A stretch of 63,289 nucleotides of DNA, counting the filler, from Octopus bimaculoides (Eukaryota), in assembly GCF_001194135.2 (NCBI RefSeq). It is 6 parts of 6 records of this genome, joined end to end, with 100 filler letters (N's around TTAATTAATTAA, not from the genome) between each part and the next. Parts side by side here need not be neighbours in the genome. Positions count along the whole stretch, not along the records: positions 1 to 18,094 come from NC_068983.1; positions 18,195 to 25,921 come from NC_068985.1; 4 more parts are not named here. One strand, 5' to 3'. Each line of letters starts with the position of its first letter. Positions within the stretch are counted from its first letter, which is position 1. A program made the position numbers and the translations under genes. Below, one piece after another: positions 12,455-24,415 of the stretch. Under the pieces are notes generated by a model, which ran no database searches, was not told where the DNA came from, and worked only from the letters and a program-made list of their open reading frames with translations.

Positions 12455-13270
12455 CAGAGTCGACTTTGTCTTTCAGCTTTTCTGGTTTAATAAAATAAGT
12501 ATCAGTTAAGCATTGGGGTCGACATAATCGACTTACGTCCATCTCCAAAATTGTTGGTCCTATTCCAAAATTTGAAATCAATATTATCATGAGATAAAAG
12601 GCAGCGAGCTAGCAGAACAGTTCGTATACACGGGACATAATGCCTAGCAACAATTCGTGCGTATTTACATTCTGAGTTCAAATTCCTCCGAGCTCTGCCT
12701 CTTATGCTTTCTGGGTCGATGAAATAAGTACCAACTGAGCAATGGAGTCGATGTAATGGACTTAGCCCCATCCCCGAAATTGCTGACTTTGTGACAAAAT
12801 TTGAAACCATCATAATGAATTAAGGGAACTTGCTGACGGAATCGTTAGCACGCCGGACGAAATGCTGCTAAATATTTCGCCCGTCTTTACGTTCTGAGTT
12901 TAAATGCCGCCGAGGTCAACTTCACCATTCATCCTTTTAATATCAATAAAATAAATACCAGTTAAACACTGAATCAGTGTAACCGACTATCCCCACTCCT
13001 AAAATTGCTGACATGGTGTCAACATTGGAAACTATTAATATTATTATGAATTACTCCAGAAGCATTAGTTTAATAGAATCTATACAGCGTTGCGCCAAAT
13101 GCTTTACGATATGTAATGTTTCTACGGATCTTTACACTCTGAGTTCAAATGTCAACCCGAACAATTTTGATTTTCATTCTTCCGGGGTAGATTAAAACAA
13201 GTCTTGGGGTCGATACAATCGACTGTACTCTCACCATCAAATTTGTGGCGCTGTGTTATAAATGACAAAT
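12455..13270 (+). repeat. Head-to-tail array of four SINE family C copies
   Basis: TCTGAGTTCAAAT and GGGGTCGA motifs recur at ~220-bp spacing. Confidence 0.75.
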
Positions 13271-13846
13271 AGTCTTAGCAGCTGTAGCAGTAACCGTAGC
13301 ATTAGTATTATAATCAAATATACCATTTATCAGATAACGTAAAACAGATTTAAAAGTTTCACTTTTTTCCCATTCTGTTTTATGTTTATTATTATTACAT
13401 TTTTTCTAATAACAAATAAAAAAAAAAAAGAAAGAAGAGAAACTTCTTTGGTTAACAACAGTCACTATCTACTTCACAAGATTTTGCTTCATCTCTGTTC
13501 TGAAATTTTCAAACACTCATATAATGCTGTCGGTTTTTTACTATCTTCACATATCAAGTCCAGATCGATAATGCTGCGCTGCTTTTCATATTTTCAACGG
13601 AGTTTTGCCCTCAAGCTATCGACATTTTGAATCCTGTAGAAAATCAAATACTTTCAGATTGATCAATAATACAAGTCTGTCTGGACGGATTCCAAAAAAA
13701 CATTTGATCTCTACCTGTACCTCGTGCTCTCTCATCGTTTTCTTTTTATTTATTTACTAAAATTTTAACGTCTTAGTTATTTGTGTGCGTGCACACGCAC
13801 ACACAAACGGACAGACATACACACGTATATACATGTGTATATGTAT

Positions 13847-13890
<44 letters not shown>

Positions 13891-14160
13891 GAATACTCAT
13901 ATATATGTATATAAATTGTAAAAAATAAAGTGCATACGTACGTGCAAACACACATTCAGCTATTGAAAAATAAAACTGTATGCATGCATACTTATACATG
14001 CATACATACATACATACATACATACATACATACATGTAAATATATATATATGTGTGTGTGTGTGTGTCTGTGTGTGTATGTATAAATGCGTGTCCCATTA
14101 TGAATGTGCGTGTGTAAAGTACACGTATATCATGCTTTTATGCATATATATTTTTTATAG

Positions 14161-14196
<36 letters not shown>

Positions 14197-14393
14197 TTCC
14201 CACACCCACACTCGCGAGTACACTCATTCACACACACATACGCACATGCACGCACGCACGCACGCACGCACGTACATTTGTGTGATGTGTGTATTGATAT
14301 ACACATGGATTGACTGACTGATAAGCAGTTAGAGAGACGGTGAGAAAGAAAGGGAGATAGACCGATGGAGGCAGAAACAGAGAGGAAGTGACC

Positions 14394-14437
<44 letters not shown>

Positions 14438-15117
14438 GAGGGGGGATAATAAGAGGAACAGAAAGAGAAAAAGGAGAGTAAGAGACATGTTCTTTCAAAG
14501 GTTTTATTGTCGTAGATGTTACTGCTTTTATTTAAGATAATAATATAATAATAATAATATTAATAATAATAATAATAATGGTAACAGCAACAATCACAAT
14601 AGATACATATGTATGTATGTATGTGTGTGCGTGTATGTATGTATGTATGTATGTATGTATGTATGTATGTATGTATGTGTGTGCGTCTGTGTATGTATGT
14701 ATGTATAAAAAAATTGTGTTTTCTAGTGCTTGCCGACAAGTAGTCTGCAGCAATATTTGCTCGTTATCTTTCCTAAGATACGATGGCGTTTACGATGTGT
14801 TTACATACATTGCCTGTCTGCTAAAGATGAACGTCCGTCTCCCCAGGATGGCCAAGATATAGCTAGAGATGGTTTATTTTGTGACTACCAATATATTTAA
14901 ACTGTGCCAGACAACAACAACAACAACAATAACAGCTATGATGACAACAACTACAACAGCAAAAACTATACGATAGTGTCCACCATCAATAACTTTACAA
15001 CGTCGTCATATATTTGTGCATCCATGTTGAGTTCCGACAAGGTGAATATAAGTGCTAAATTTCCCTCAAATCACACACGTTACCTATCTTACTGTCCCTT
15101 CCTATATATGTTACAGG

Positions 15118-15265
15118 CCCAGGCGTGGCTGTGGGGGTAAGAAGATTGGTTCTCAACCACAGTTCCGGATTCATTCCCACTGTGTGTCACTCTGGGCAAC
15201 TGTCTTCAACTAAAACCCCATTGTGAGTGGATTCAGTAGACGGAAACTTAAAGAAGCCCGTTGTA
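15118..15265 (+). mobile_element. SINE family B, 5' half
   Basis: Head and core match other copies. Confidence 0.75.
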
Positions 15266-15289
15266 TATATATTAATAAATTCTCATATA

Positions 15290-16580
15290 ATCCAACTTCC
15301 GTCTTTCATATATGTCGTTGGCTACGTTGAGGCCCTAATATTCTCAAATTTCATTGGTCCCACTCCCGAACTATACGGCCATTACATTGACGACTTTATC
15401 GGTGCGACCTCACCCTCCCGCGAACATCTAGACGCCTTCCTCTCTTTTGTCAGATCTTTCCTTCCAGCACTCCACTTCTCCTGCACTATCTCTGACACCT
15501 CTGTCTCCTTTCTTGACATTTCGGTCAGCATTCATCACTCCACTCTCACCACCTCCATCCACTACAAACACACAGACTCACACTCATACCTCAACTTCTC
15601 CCCCTCCCATCCTAAACACACCAAGCTTTCCATCCCCTATTCCCAATTTCTTCGTCGACGCAGGCTCTGCAGTGACGATCATGACTTTGACACTCAGTCT
15701 CAACTCATAGCTCGCCACTTCATTCTACGTGGATATCCCCTCACCACTATCCACACCACCCTTGCCAGAGCACGTTCCGTGGACCGTGCATCTGCCCTCT
15801 TCCTCTGCACCCCCGCAGTCTCCCGTCTCCCGTCTCCCGTTTCCCCTCACCTNNNNNNNNNNNNNNNNNNNNNNNNNNNTCTACGTGGATATCCCCTCAC
15901 CACTATCCACACCACCCTTGCCAGAGCACGTTCCGTGGACCGTGCATCTGCCCTCTTCCTCTGCACCCCCGCAGTCTCCCGTCTCCCGTCTCCCGTTTCC
16001 CCTCACCTACCACCCCACCACTCCAACGCACCATTCTCCGAGCCTTCCGGCGGCTCGAGTCCGACCCCTCCACTTCGCAAATCTTCCCTAACCGACCCAC
16101 CCCTCATTCAAACAAGCCCATAACCTACGAGACCTCTTGGTCCACAGTTTCTTCCCTAACCCAACCTCCCAACCCGGCTCGTTCCCCTGCATCCGCCCAC
16201 GCTGCCACACTTGCACTTACCTCTCCAACACCACACTCCTCACCGGCACCCATCATCGACCCTATTATATCACCGAATCTTTCACTTGCACTTCTACCAA
16301 TGTCGTCTACTGCATCTCCTGCTCTCTCTGCCCTTTTCCATACATCGGGCAAACGGGACTCTGCTTGGCTCACCGGTTCGCGGAACACCTCTGAGACATC
16401 CGACTCTGAGACATCCGACTCTGAGACATCAGTCTCGCGCCATTTCCACTCCACCGGTCACTCTTTGCAACACCTTCTGTGTTCGGATTGTCCTTGCACA
16501 TGGGCATCCGGACTCCCGTCTTCGCCGTGATCAGGGATTAATCTTCTTTCTTCGCTCCTTTGCGCCTCATGCGCTCAATA
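15290..16580 (+). mobile_element. Penelope-like element (Neptune-type): RT C-terminal half plus GIY-YIG endonuclease
   Basis: YIDD, FLDI, YKHTDSHSYL, SIPYSQFLR, RGYP; C.RPRCHTC; FTCTSTNVVYCISCSLC..YIGQTG...RFAEH; some stops. Confidence 0.92.
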
Positions 16581-17394
16581 CTCATCCCCTCTTCATCTAG
16601 CTCTCCTCTCGTTCTCTCACACCTTCTTCCTCCCACCCACCTCTCCTCTCTTGCTCCGACTTCTTCTTCTTCGCTTCACTTCTACTCTCCTTCTCTCTTC
16701 TCTTCACTTCTACCCACCTTCTCCTTTCCACCTCTCTCTTCATTGTCACCCCTCCCTCGTAACCCCACGCCTACACAATCCAACTCCAACTTCCCTATCC
16801 ATGCCATCCCACCCCACCGCATCCATAACACCCACTCCCACATACTCCACCTCTACCCCCACCCTCAGCCTAAACCACACCCACCCTTGCTTTCCCCACG
16901 CTCGCCTTCCCCACATCCCAACACCANNNNNNNNNNNNNNNNNNNNNNNNNNNNNNNNNNNNNNNNNNNNNNNNNNNNNNNNNNNNNNNNNNNNNNNNNN
17001 NNNNNNNNNNNNNNNNNNNNNNNNNNNNNNNNNNNNNNNNNNNNNNNNNNNNNNNNNNNNNNNNNNNNNNNNNNNNNNNNNNNNNNNNNNNNNNNNNNNN
17101 NNNNNNNNNNNNNNNNNNNNNNNNNNNNNNNNNNNNNNNNNNNNNNNNNNNNNNNNNNNNNNNNNNNNNNNNNNNNNNNNNNNNNNNNNNNNNNNNNNNN
17201 NNNNNNNNNNNNNNNNNNNNNNNNNNNNNNNNNNNNNNNNNNNNNNNNNNNNNNNNNNNNNNNNNNNNNNNNNNNNNNNNNNNNNNNNNNNNNNNNNNNN
17301 NNNNNNNNNNNNNNNNNNNNNNNCCACACACATACACATGCACACACGCACACGTCAAGGTCCCCAGCCCTCTTGCACACGCACATACACGCAC

Positions 17395-17655
17395 GCGCAC
17401 CTTCGTTTTGGGATTACCACTACTTTATTGTCTCCCCTTCTTCCTAGCTCTCCTGTGTGACCCCTCTGTCTGGCATTCGCCATGATAGATCGCTAGCCAC
17501 TACACATTCTTTATTTTCTCTCCTTGTTTCTTTCTGTGGAAGAGTGTAGGCTCGAAACGTTAAAGACTTTTTCACTTCCCGAGCGTTAAACTAATACATC
17601 TGTTTGTTGTCTACTCTACCTGTTTTCGTCTTTTGTTTTTTTTGTGAATTCTCCG
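17395..17655 (+). mobile_element. Penelope pseudo-LTR/3' region containing an HHR-like motif
   Basis: Follows the CT-rich tail of the Penelope element; related sequence at 20965-21140. Confidence 0.65.
17529..17566 (+). ncRNA. Minimal type I hammerhead-like motif (non-canonical core)
   Basis: TCTTT-CTGTGGA-A-GAG tgtagg CTC-GAAA-CGT-T-AAAGA; stems I and II pair; palindromic ACGT. Confidence 0.6.
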
Positions 17656-17710
17656 CCTATAAATTATTAAGGTGGCTTATTCGCATTTATAACCAAAAGG
17701 CACAAGTATA

Positions 17711-18034
17711 GACGTCATTAAGTTGAGTAAGGGTGCTAACCAGCACCAGAGTTGCTAGAAATAAGAGTCACAACAACTCTTAGTTATATGAAGCGCTTAT
17801 CTAGTGACTGACAAGGGAGACAATCTCCCTACAGCAAGCAAGACAGAACCAGATTACCGATGAAGATTAATCAAATACGAAATCATCGATTATTTGGCTC
17901 TGTCTCGCTTGCTGTAGGGAGCTTGTCTCCCTTGTCAGTCATTATACAAGTGCTTCCCGTGGCTAACAGTTGTTCTCACTCTTATTTATAGCAATGCTGG
18001 TGCTAACTAGCGCCCTTAGTCACCTTAGTGACGT

Positions 18035-18035
<1 letters not shown>
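17711..18035. mobile_element. Fold-back MITE-like element (imperfect ~140-bp arms)
   Basis: e.g. GTGACTGACAAGGGAGACAATCTCCCTACAGCAAGC versus GCTTGCTGTAGGGAGCTTGTCTCCCTTGTCAGTCAT. Confidence 0.75.
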
Positions 18036-18094
<59 letters not shown>

Positions 18095-18194
18095 NNNNNN
18101 NNNNNNNNNNNNNNNNNNNNNNNNNNNNNNNNNNNNNNTTAATTAATTAANNNNNNNNNNNNNNNNNNNNNNNNNNNNNNNNNNNNNNNNNNNN
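18095..18194. other. Artificial scaffold join (44N+TTAATTAATTAA+44N)
   Basis: Identical 100-bp format at 25922, 38396, 48816 and 61926. Confidence 0.95.
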
Positions 18195-18819
18195 ATATGT
18201 ATATATATATATGTGTTTATATATATATGTATATAGATATGTGTTTATGTATGCATGCAAGTATGTAAATAAAAGGTATGTATAGCCACATACATATTAT
18301 AAACCTTGCAGAATTCTCTGAATCCTTTGACTGGACAAGTCCTAACTTTCTATTTATTTTATTTTTTTTTTTTTCACAAACATCACTTATAATTTAGAAT
18401 ATTAAAAGTGATGTTATGGCTATTGAAATATTGCTAACTGTATGCGTTTATATGAATGGCTTAACCTTTCGGCAAACGGGGTTCTTTTTTTATCTCTTAT
18501 TTATTTAGAATAGAGCAATGTTTGCATAGTTTTCCAACCCTTATTATACAACATTCGCGTCCATAATCATTACAGTTGCTAGGAAGTGTTTTCTTTGAAA
18601 ACAAATGGTAAAATTTCAAAACAAATTGGAATGTCAGACATATATACATACACGTATATAACATATATCTCTATGTACGTATGTATGTGTTCATGTGTGT
18701 ATATATATATGTATGTGTGTGTGTGTGTGTGTGTGTTTATGTGTGTGTTTGTGTATGTATGTACGTATCTATCCATCTATATCTATATATATATATATGT
18801 ATATATAAGTGTGTGTGTA

Positions 18820-18854
<35 letters not shown>

Positions 18855-18864
18855 NNNNNNNNNN

Positions 18865-18907
<43 letters not shown>

Positions 18908-19211
18908 GCATATACACACAGGTATATATATGTATTATATATAAATATAAATATACATATTCGTACACACATGGCATATATATTTGAGGTGAATAGATAG
19001 ATATTTTTATAGACAGATAGATAGATAGATAGAAACATACATACATACATAGACATGTAGGAAGGTAGGTAGGTAGGTAGGTAGGTAGGTAGGGAAGTAG
19101 GTAGTTATACTTACTTATGCGTCGATCTTTCCATTTCTATATATGTATATGTGATCATATATATATATATATATATATACCTCTGTATAAATATATGAAT
19201 AAGTGACTTAC

Positions 19212-19247
19212 ACTGGATTTCTTGAGGACCTTTTGACTTTTTCTGCA
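19212..19247 (-). CDS. S-crystallin short loop exon (CRKSQKVLKKSS), phase 0-0
   Basis: tattttcag|TGC...AGT|gtaagt; 36 nt, open, in phase with the upstream exon; sits where S-crystallins carry their inserted peptide. Confidence 0.7.
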
Positions 19248-19464
19248 CTGAAAATAGTTTTAAAAATCATAATTTGTAATTATGTGTGTTGCAGATATAT
19301 TTTCGGTTGTCTGGAATCTACTCTTCATCACAATAAATATTATATTTGCGAAATTAATGTACTGACACATATGTGTGTGCGCTTGTATATCTGCAGATAT
19401 TTTCGTATGTATTTGCATATATATATATATGCCACGTATTCGTATGCAGTTTTGTTTAGTGTGG

Positions 19465-19522
<58 letters not shown>

Positions 19523-19986
19523 GTGTGTGTGTGTGTGTGCGTGTGCGTGCGTGTATGTGTGTGTATGTGTGTGTACCTATTTGACTTTGTTTTTGTCGCT
19601 ATTTATAGGTGGATATATTTAATGGCGGTTTATCATTTTTGATAAAATCATTGCCAGCAACTAAAATAAATGTGTTGGTTTTCCGTTAGTAGGTATGTTG
19701 TTACAAATTCTCTTTGCAAGTGCGATATTGTGGTAGTCATACATTTATCCAGACTATTTAGATTAAACGTTTTGCAACAGAGCGACATCTTATTTGTATT
19801 ACATGTCTACAATGAATCTTCCTATTTTTTTTTTTTTTTTTGTGTTACTTAGTCTGGCGCATTCTCTGTTATCTGTAATCCTCCGAAGAATTGAGCCGGA
19901 AGATCATGGTTAGGTCTTTTCTATTTCATGTTTCACTTTGCTATACCTAGTTCAACAAAATCCCACGTAGAATTTATTAAAATACT

Positions 19987-20712
19987 TCTAACTGCTTAAA
20001 CTTTAAATCTTTTGACGCAGTTTGTGCTAACTCCATCTTCGTACCTTGTATTCTTTCTGCTTCTTTTATCTTCTCATATAGCTGTCTTTTCGCTAATCTA
20101 TCTTCATATATGGCAGTCTTTCTGCAAATTCCATCTATATCTCTCGCAGTCAATCCGCTAATTCTATCCTCATATCCGGTAGTCTTTCTCCTAATACCAT
20201 TTTCATACTTTGTACCTTTTCTGCTTAGTGGAGGCGCAATGGCCCAGTGGTTATGGCAGCGGACTCGCGGTCATAGGATCGCGGTTTCGATTCCCAGACC
20301 GGGCCTTGTGAGTATTTATTGAGCGAAAACACCTAAAATTCCACGAGGCTCCGGCAGCGGATGGTAGCGAACCCTGCTGTACTCTTCCACCACAACTTTC
20401 TCTCACTCTTACTTCCTGTTTCTGTTGTGCCTGTAATTCAAAGGGTCAGCCTTGTCACACTGTGTCACGCTGAGTATCCCCGAGAATTACGTTAAGGGGA
20501 CACGTGTCTGTGGATTGCTCAGCCACTTGCACGTTAATTTCACGAGCAGGCTGTTCCGTTGATCGGATCAACTGGAACCCTTGACGTCGTAAGAGACGGA
20601 GTGCCAACAACCTTTTCTGCTTATTCCACCTTCACATCTGGCAGTTTTTCTCCTAATTTCATCTTCAGATCTAACAGTCTTGCTCCCACAATTCCAGATA
20701 AGATGACTCTTT
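19987..20712 (-). pseudogene. Decayed 33-bp tandem repeat encoding 11-aa units (consensus ~MKMELAERLPD), interrupted by a SINE
   Basis: Unit starts at 20081, 20113, 20146, 20179, 20212, then 20641, 20674 after the SINE; in-frame stops and frameshifts. Confidence 0.55.
20228..20609 (+). mobile_element. Full-length tRNA-derived SINE family A with 14-bp TSD
   Basis: TSD ACCTTTTCTGCTTA at 20214-20227 and 20610-20623; A/B-box-like TGGCCCAGTGG and GTTTCGATTCC. Confidence 0.92.
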
Positions 20713-20964
20713 AGAAACACCAAGAATAACGTAAGTTATCATGAAATGTTTTCTTGAGTTTATCTTTTATCGTATTGTTGACAACTGTATAAAACTTTTC
20801 CCGTCAAACATCCGATATGTTGTCTATCTTTTCTCTTTATCCCTTACATATTTCAGTCATTAGACTGCAACGTGGCTGGAACATCGTCTTGAAGTGTTTC
20901 GTGGAACAAGTTGATCTCCCTACCAAACTAATTTTAAAGTCTGATACTTATTTTGAAATTTCCG

Positions 20965-21140
20965 TGACCGCTAGATCCACACGTTTCTTTTTTATTCTCT
21001 CTCTCTTTATTTCCTTTTGTTCCTCCCTGTTGAAGAGCGTAGACTCGAAACGTAAACGACTTACTCACCGTCCCCAGTGTGAAACTAATACACCTACTTG
21101 TTGCATATGCACCTTTCTCCGTCTTTTGTTTTTCAGTAAA
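20965..21140 (+). mobile_element. Penelope pseudo-LTR fragment with HHR-like motif (21027-21058)
   Basis: CTGTTGA-A-GAG cgtaga CTC-GAAA-CGT-A; similar to 17529. Confidence 0.6.
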
Positions 21141-21182
21141 TTTCTATATAAAATATATTTTCTCTATCTATCTATCTATCTA

Positions 21183-21235
<53 letters not shown>

Positions 21236-21283
21236 CTAGATAGATAGATACATTTCTTTTATGTGTGGCTAATAAAAGAAATG

Positions 21284-21374
<91 letters not shown>

Positions 21375-21911
21375 GCAAAATCTTGCTGTATTACTACAAT
21401 TATATATTATCAGGAACTGCATAAAAATTTTTAAATATTTTGTGTATAGTAGAGATATAACCAATTTATTACAAATAAATCTTAACAAGGTCTGATCTGA
21501 ACTGGTACTAATTACGAAAATCTAGTAACAGTCTCTCAACCTTGGGTTATCATATGTGATGGCCTAAAGACACGCGTACATATTAGATATACCCCAATTT
21601 CAGTAGGTGAATATTCAGGAAAAAAGCAGCGTTACGGTTAGGGTTGTGGTTAATGTTAAAGTTAGTGCATTAAAGCATGTAATATAGGCCCAACTTTGCA
21701 TATGCAAACTCGGAGTCATTTTCTGAGACATTTTTAAATAGAAAAGGTGTGTCTTATATGCTATCAAATACACTAATAGCTAAATTTTACAAATGTCAGA
21801 CGTCACAAGACTGTAGTACCGAATGGATCCAGCTTCGTGCTGTTATGTGTATAAGTATTTCTGTAACAAAGCAAAACGAATGCTTATTGAATAAAGAATG
21901 TGTGTTCTTAC

Positions 21912-22027
21912 TACAAGTCGACCATCCATCTCATGGTACATTCTCATGTAGACATCTAGTATTTCGTAAAGACAGTCCGTGATGGACTCCACTCGTGCCA
22001 TTTCTAGATTGCTTTTCCCATGAAGAC
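21912..22027 (-). CDS. S-crystallin exon ([39 protein letters not shown])
   Basis: catgttcag|GT...GTA|gtaaga; 116 nt, phase 1-0; matches S-crystallin GFHG.NN.EMARVD.I.DC.Y.I.DDYMRMYH motif; alternative donor 3 nt earlier is possible. Confidence 0.92.
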
Positions 22028-22034
22028 CTGAACA

Positions 22035-22036
<2 letters not shown>

Positions 22037-22105
<69 letters not shown>

Positions 22106-22263
22106 AAGAAGAAGAAGAAGAAGAAGAAGAAGAAGAAGAAGAAGAAGAACAAGAAGAAGAACAAGAAGAACAAGAAGAACAAGAAGAACAAGAAGAACAA
22201 GAAGAACAAGAAGAACAAGAAGAAGAAGAGCAACAACAGCATCAGTAACAAGAACAGCAACAA
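22037..22263. repeat. Compound microsatellite (AAT)n(AAG)n(AAC-AAG-AAG)n
   Basis: Direct reading. Confidence 0.95.
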
Positions 22264-22909
22264 TAAATATTTCTTTCGTAGTTACAGGTTATACAAAAAT
22301 GAAAAGAGGGGTGCAAGTGCGTGGGGTGGGGAAGGAATACTTATTACGTGGTTAAAAAGTTAGCTGAAAGGAAAGGTAGATAGAGAGAGATAGACAGGAG
22401 AGGCACTTATACTGAGAGAGAGAGAGATAGAGAGAGAGAGATGGAGAGAGAGAGAGTCAGATAGCCTTGGTGGTGGTGGTGGTGGTGGTGTGTTGATAGA
22501 ATCATCTTTTCCTTGATCTCATTTTTATTGTGACCATCGCTTAAAGGATGCGCATAAGTGCAATTATTTATCGTTTACTCCCTCAAAAAAATGATATTTG
22601 TTTATAAGGGTTACGTAAAGCCTAGACTCTGGATTCACAAAAAACACGGTTTCAAGCTGCACGAGAAAGGATGCGCAGATATAGAGCATGGATCAGAGAG
22701 GAACAGTGAGAAAATATAATAAGAGGTAGGAAAAGATAACGCCGATAGAGAGGTCAGAAAATGAATGTAGACGAACGTCAAGAATATTCAAAGGAAGATA
22801 AACAATGAATGATATAAAAATGCAAATTATCCATTCTTTCTCAAATAGGTCCTCTTAAAGTTATCAATTCCGTGGAATTCCCACGGGTCCCACAAGGAAA
22901 TATTAATGA

Positions 22910-24336
22910 GGCATAACTACAGGGTTTTACCCACCAGACTTTGGGAGGTCATAACTTTCAGAAAAATGAATATTTTTTAATGAAATTTTCTATGCATATA
23001 GTATTTACTATGTAAAATCCGAATATACAACAATTTCCGGTGAAAGTGTTTTGGAATGGGGGTGGGGGACAATTTTCGGAAATTCCAACAGAGTCCACTT
23101 AAATTCTTCTTAACTTCCAGGAAAATTTATATTTTTTCGTGAAAGTTTCTACAAATATACCTTGACGTATGTACATTTCGCGCATGTAGGAATTTTGAAG
23201 NNNNNNNNNNNNNNNNNNNNNNNNNNNNNNNNNNNNNNNNNNNNNNNNNNNNNNNNNNNNNNNNNNNNNNNNNNNNNNNNNNNNNNNNNNNNNNNNNNNN
23301 NNNNNNNNNNNNNNNNNNNNNNNNNNNNNNNNNNNNNNNNNNNNNNNNNNNNNNNNNNNNNNNNNNNNNNNNNNNNNNNNNNNNNNNNNNNNNNNNNNNN
23401 NNNNNNNNNNNNNNNNNNNNNNNNNNNNNNNNNNNNNNNNNNNNNNNNNNNNNNNNNNNNNNNNNNNNNNNNNNNNNNNNNNNNNNNNNNNNNNNNNNNN
23501 NNNNNNNNNNNNNNNNNNNNNNNNNNNNNNNNNNNNNNNNNNNNNNNNNNNNNNNNNNNNNNNNNNNNNNNNNNNNNNNNNNNNNNNNNNNNNNNNNNNN
23601 NNNNNNNNNNNNNNNNNNNNNNNNNNNNNNNNNNNNNNNNNNNNNNNNNNNNNNNNNNNNNNNNNNNNNNNNNNNNNNNNNNNNNNNNNNNNNNNNNNNN
23701 NNNNNNNNNNNNNNNNNNNNNNNNNNNNNNNNNNNNNNNNNNNNNNNNNNNNNNNNNNNNNNNNNNNNNNNNNNNNNNNNNNNNNNNNNNNNNNNNNNNN
23801 NNNNNNNNNNNNNNNNNNNNNNNNNNNNNNNNNNNNNNNNNNNNNNNNNNNNNNNNNNNNNNNNNNNNNNNNNNNNNNNNNNNNNNNNNNNNNNNNNNNN
23901 NNNNNNNNNNNNNNNNNNNNNNNNNNNNNNNNNNNNNNNNNNNNNNNNNNNNNNNNNNNNNNNNNNNNNNNNNNNNNNNNNNNNNNNNNNNNNNNNNNNN
24001 NNNNNNNNNNNNNNNNNNNNNNNNNNNATAACCTGCAGTTGATTCCTTCAAAATTCCTACATGCTCGAAATGTACATACACCAAGGTATATTTGTAGAAA
24101 CTTTCACGAAAAAATATAAATTTTCCTGGAAGTTAAGAAGAATTTAAGTGGACTCTGTTGGAATTTCCGAAAATTGTCCCCCACCCCCATTCCAAAACAC
24201 TTTCACCGGAAATTGTTGTATATTCGGATTCTACATAGTAAATACTATATGCATAGAAAATTTCATTAACAAATATTCATTTTTCTGAAAGTTATGACCT
24301 CCCAAAGTCTGGGGGGTAAAACCCTGTAGTTATGCC
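22910..24336. mobile_element. DNA transposon with >=290-bp TIRs and 8-bp TSD; interior in gap
   Basis: ATTAATGA|GGCATAACTACAGGG...CCCTGTAGTTATGCC|ATTAATGA; arms near-identical. Confidence 0.88.
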
Positions 24337-24415
24337 ATTAATGAATCATTCAAGGTCTATGATAATCATATAAACTTATATATATATATATATTGAGTCA
24401 CTATATTTTACTCAC

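Noticed and set aside
13440-13660. Exon-like minus-strand segment after ttttctacag
   Set aside because: In-frame stops, no donor, no recognisable homology
15730-16005. Apparent tandem duplication inside the Penelope ORF
   Set aside because: Identical blocks either side of a short N gap: unmerged contig overlap
18139-18150. TTAATTAATTAA island inside N runs, five times
   Set aside because: Identical 44N+12+44N format marks artificial scaffold joins, not biology
20228-20300. tRNA genes at SINE heads
   Set aside because: A/B boxes only, continuing into SINE bodies with no acceptor stem
21995-22363. Poly-N/poly-K ORF
   Set aside because: Microsatellite; the real coding signal is the opposite-strand crystallin exon
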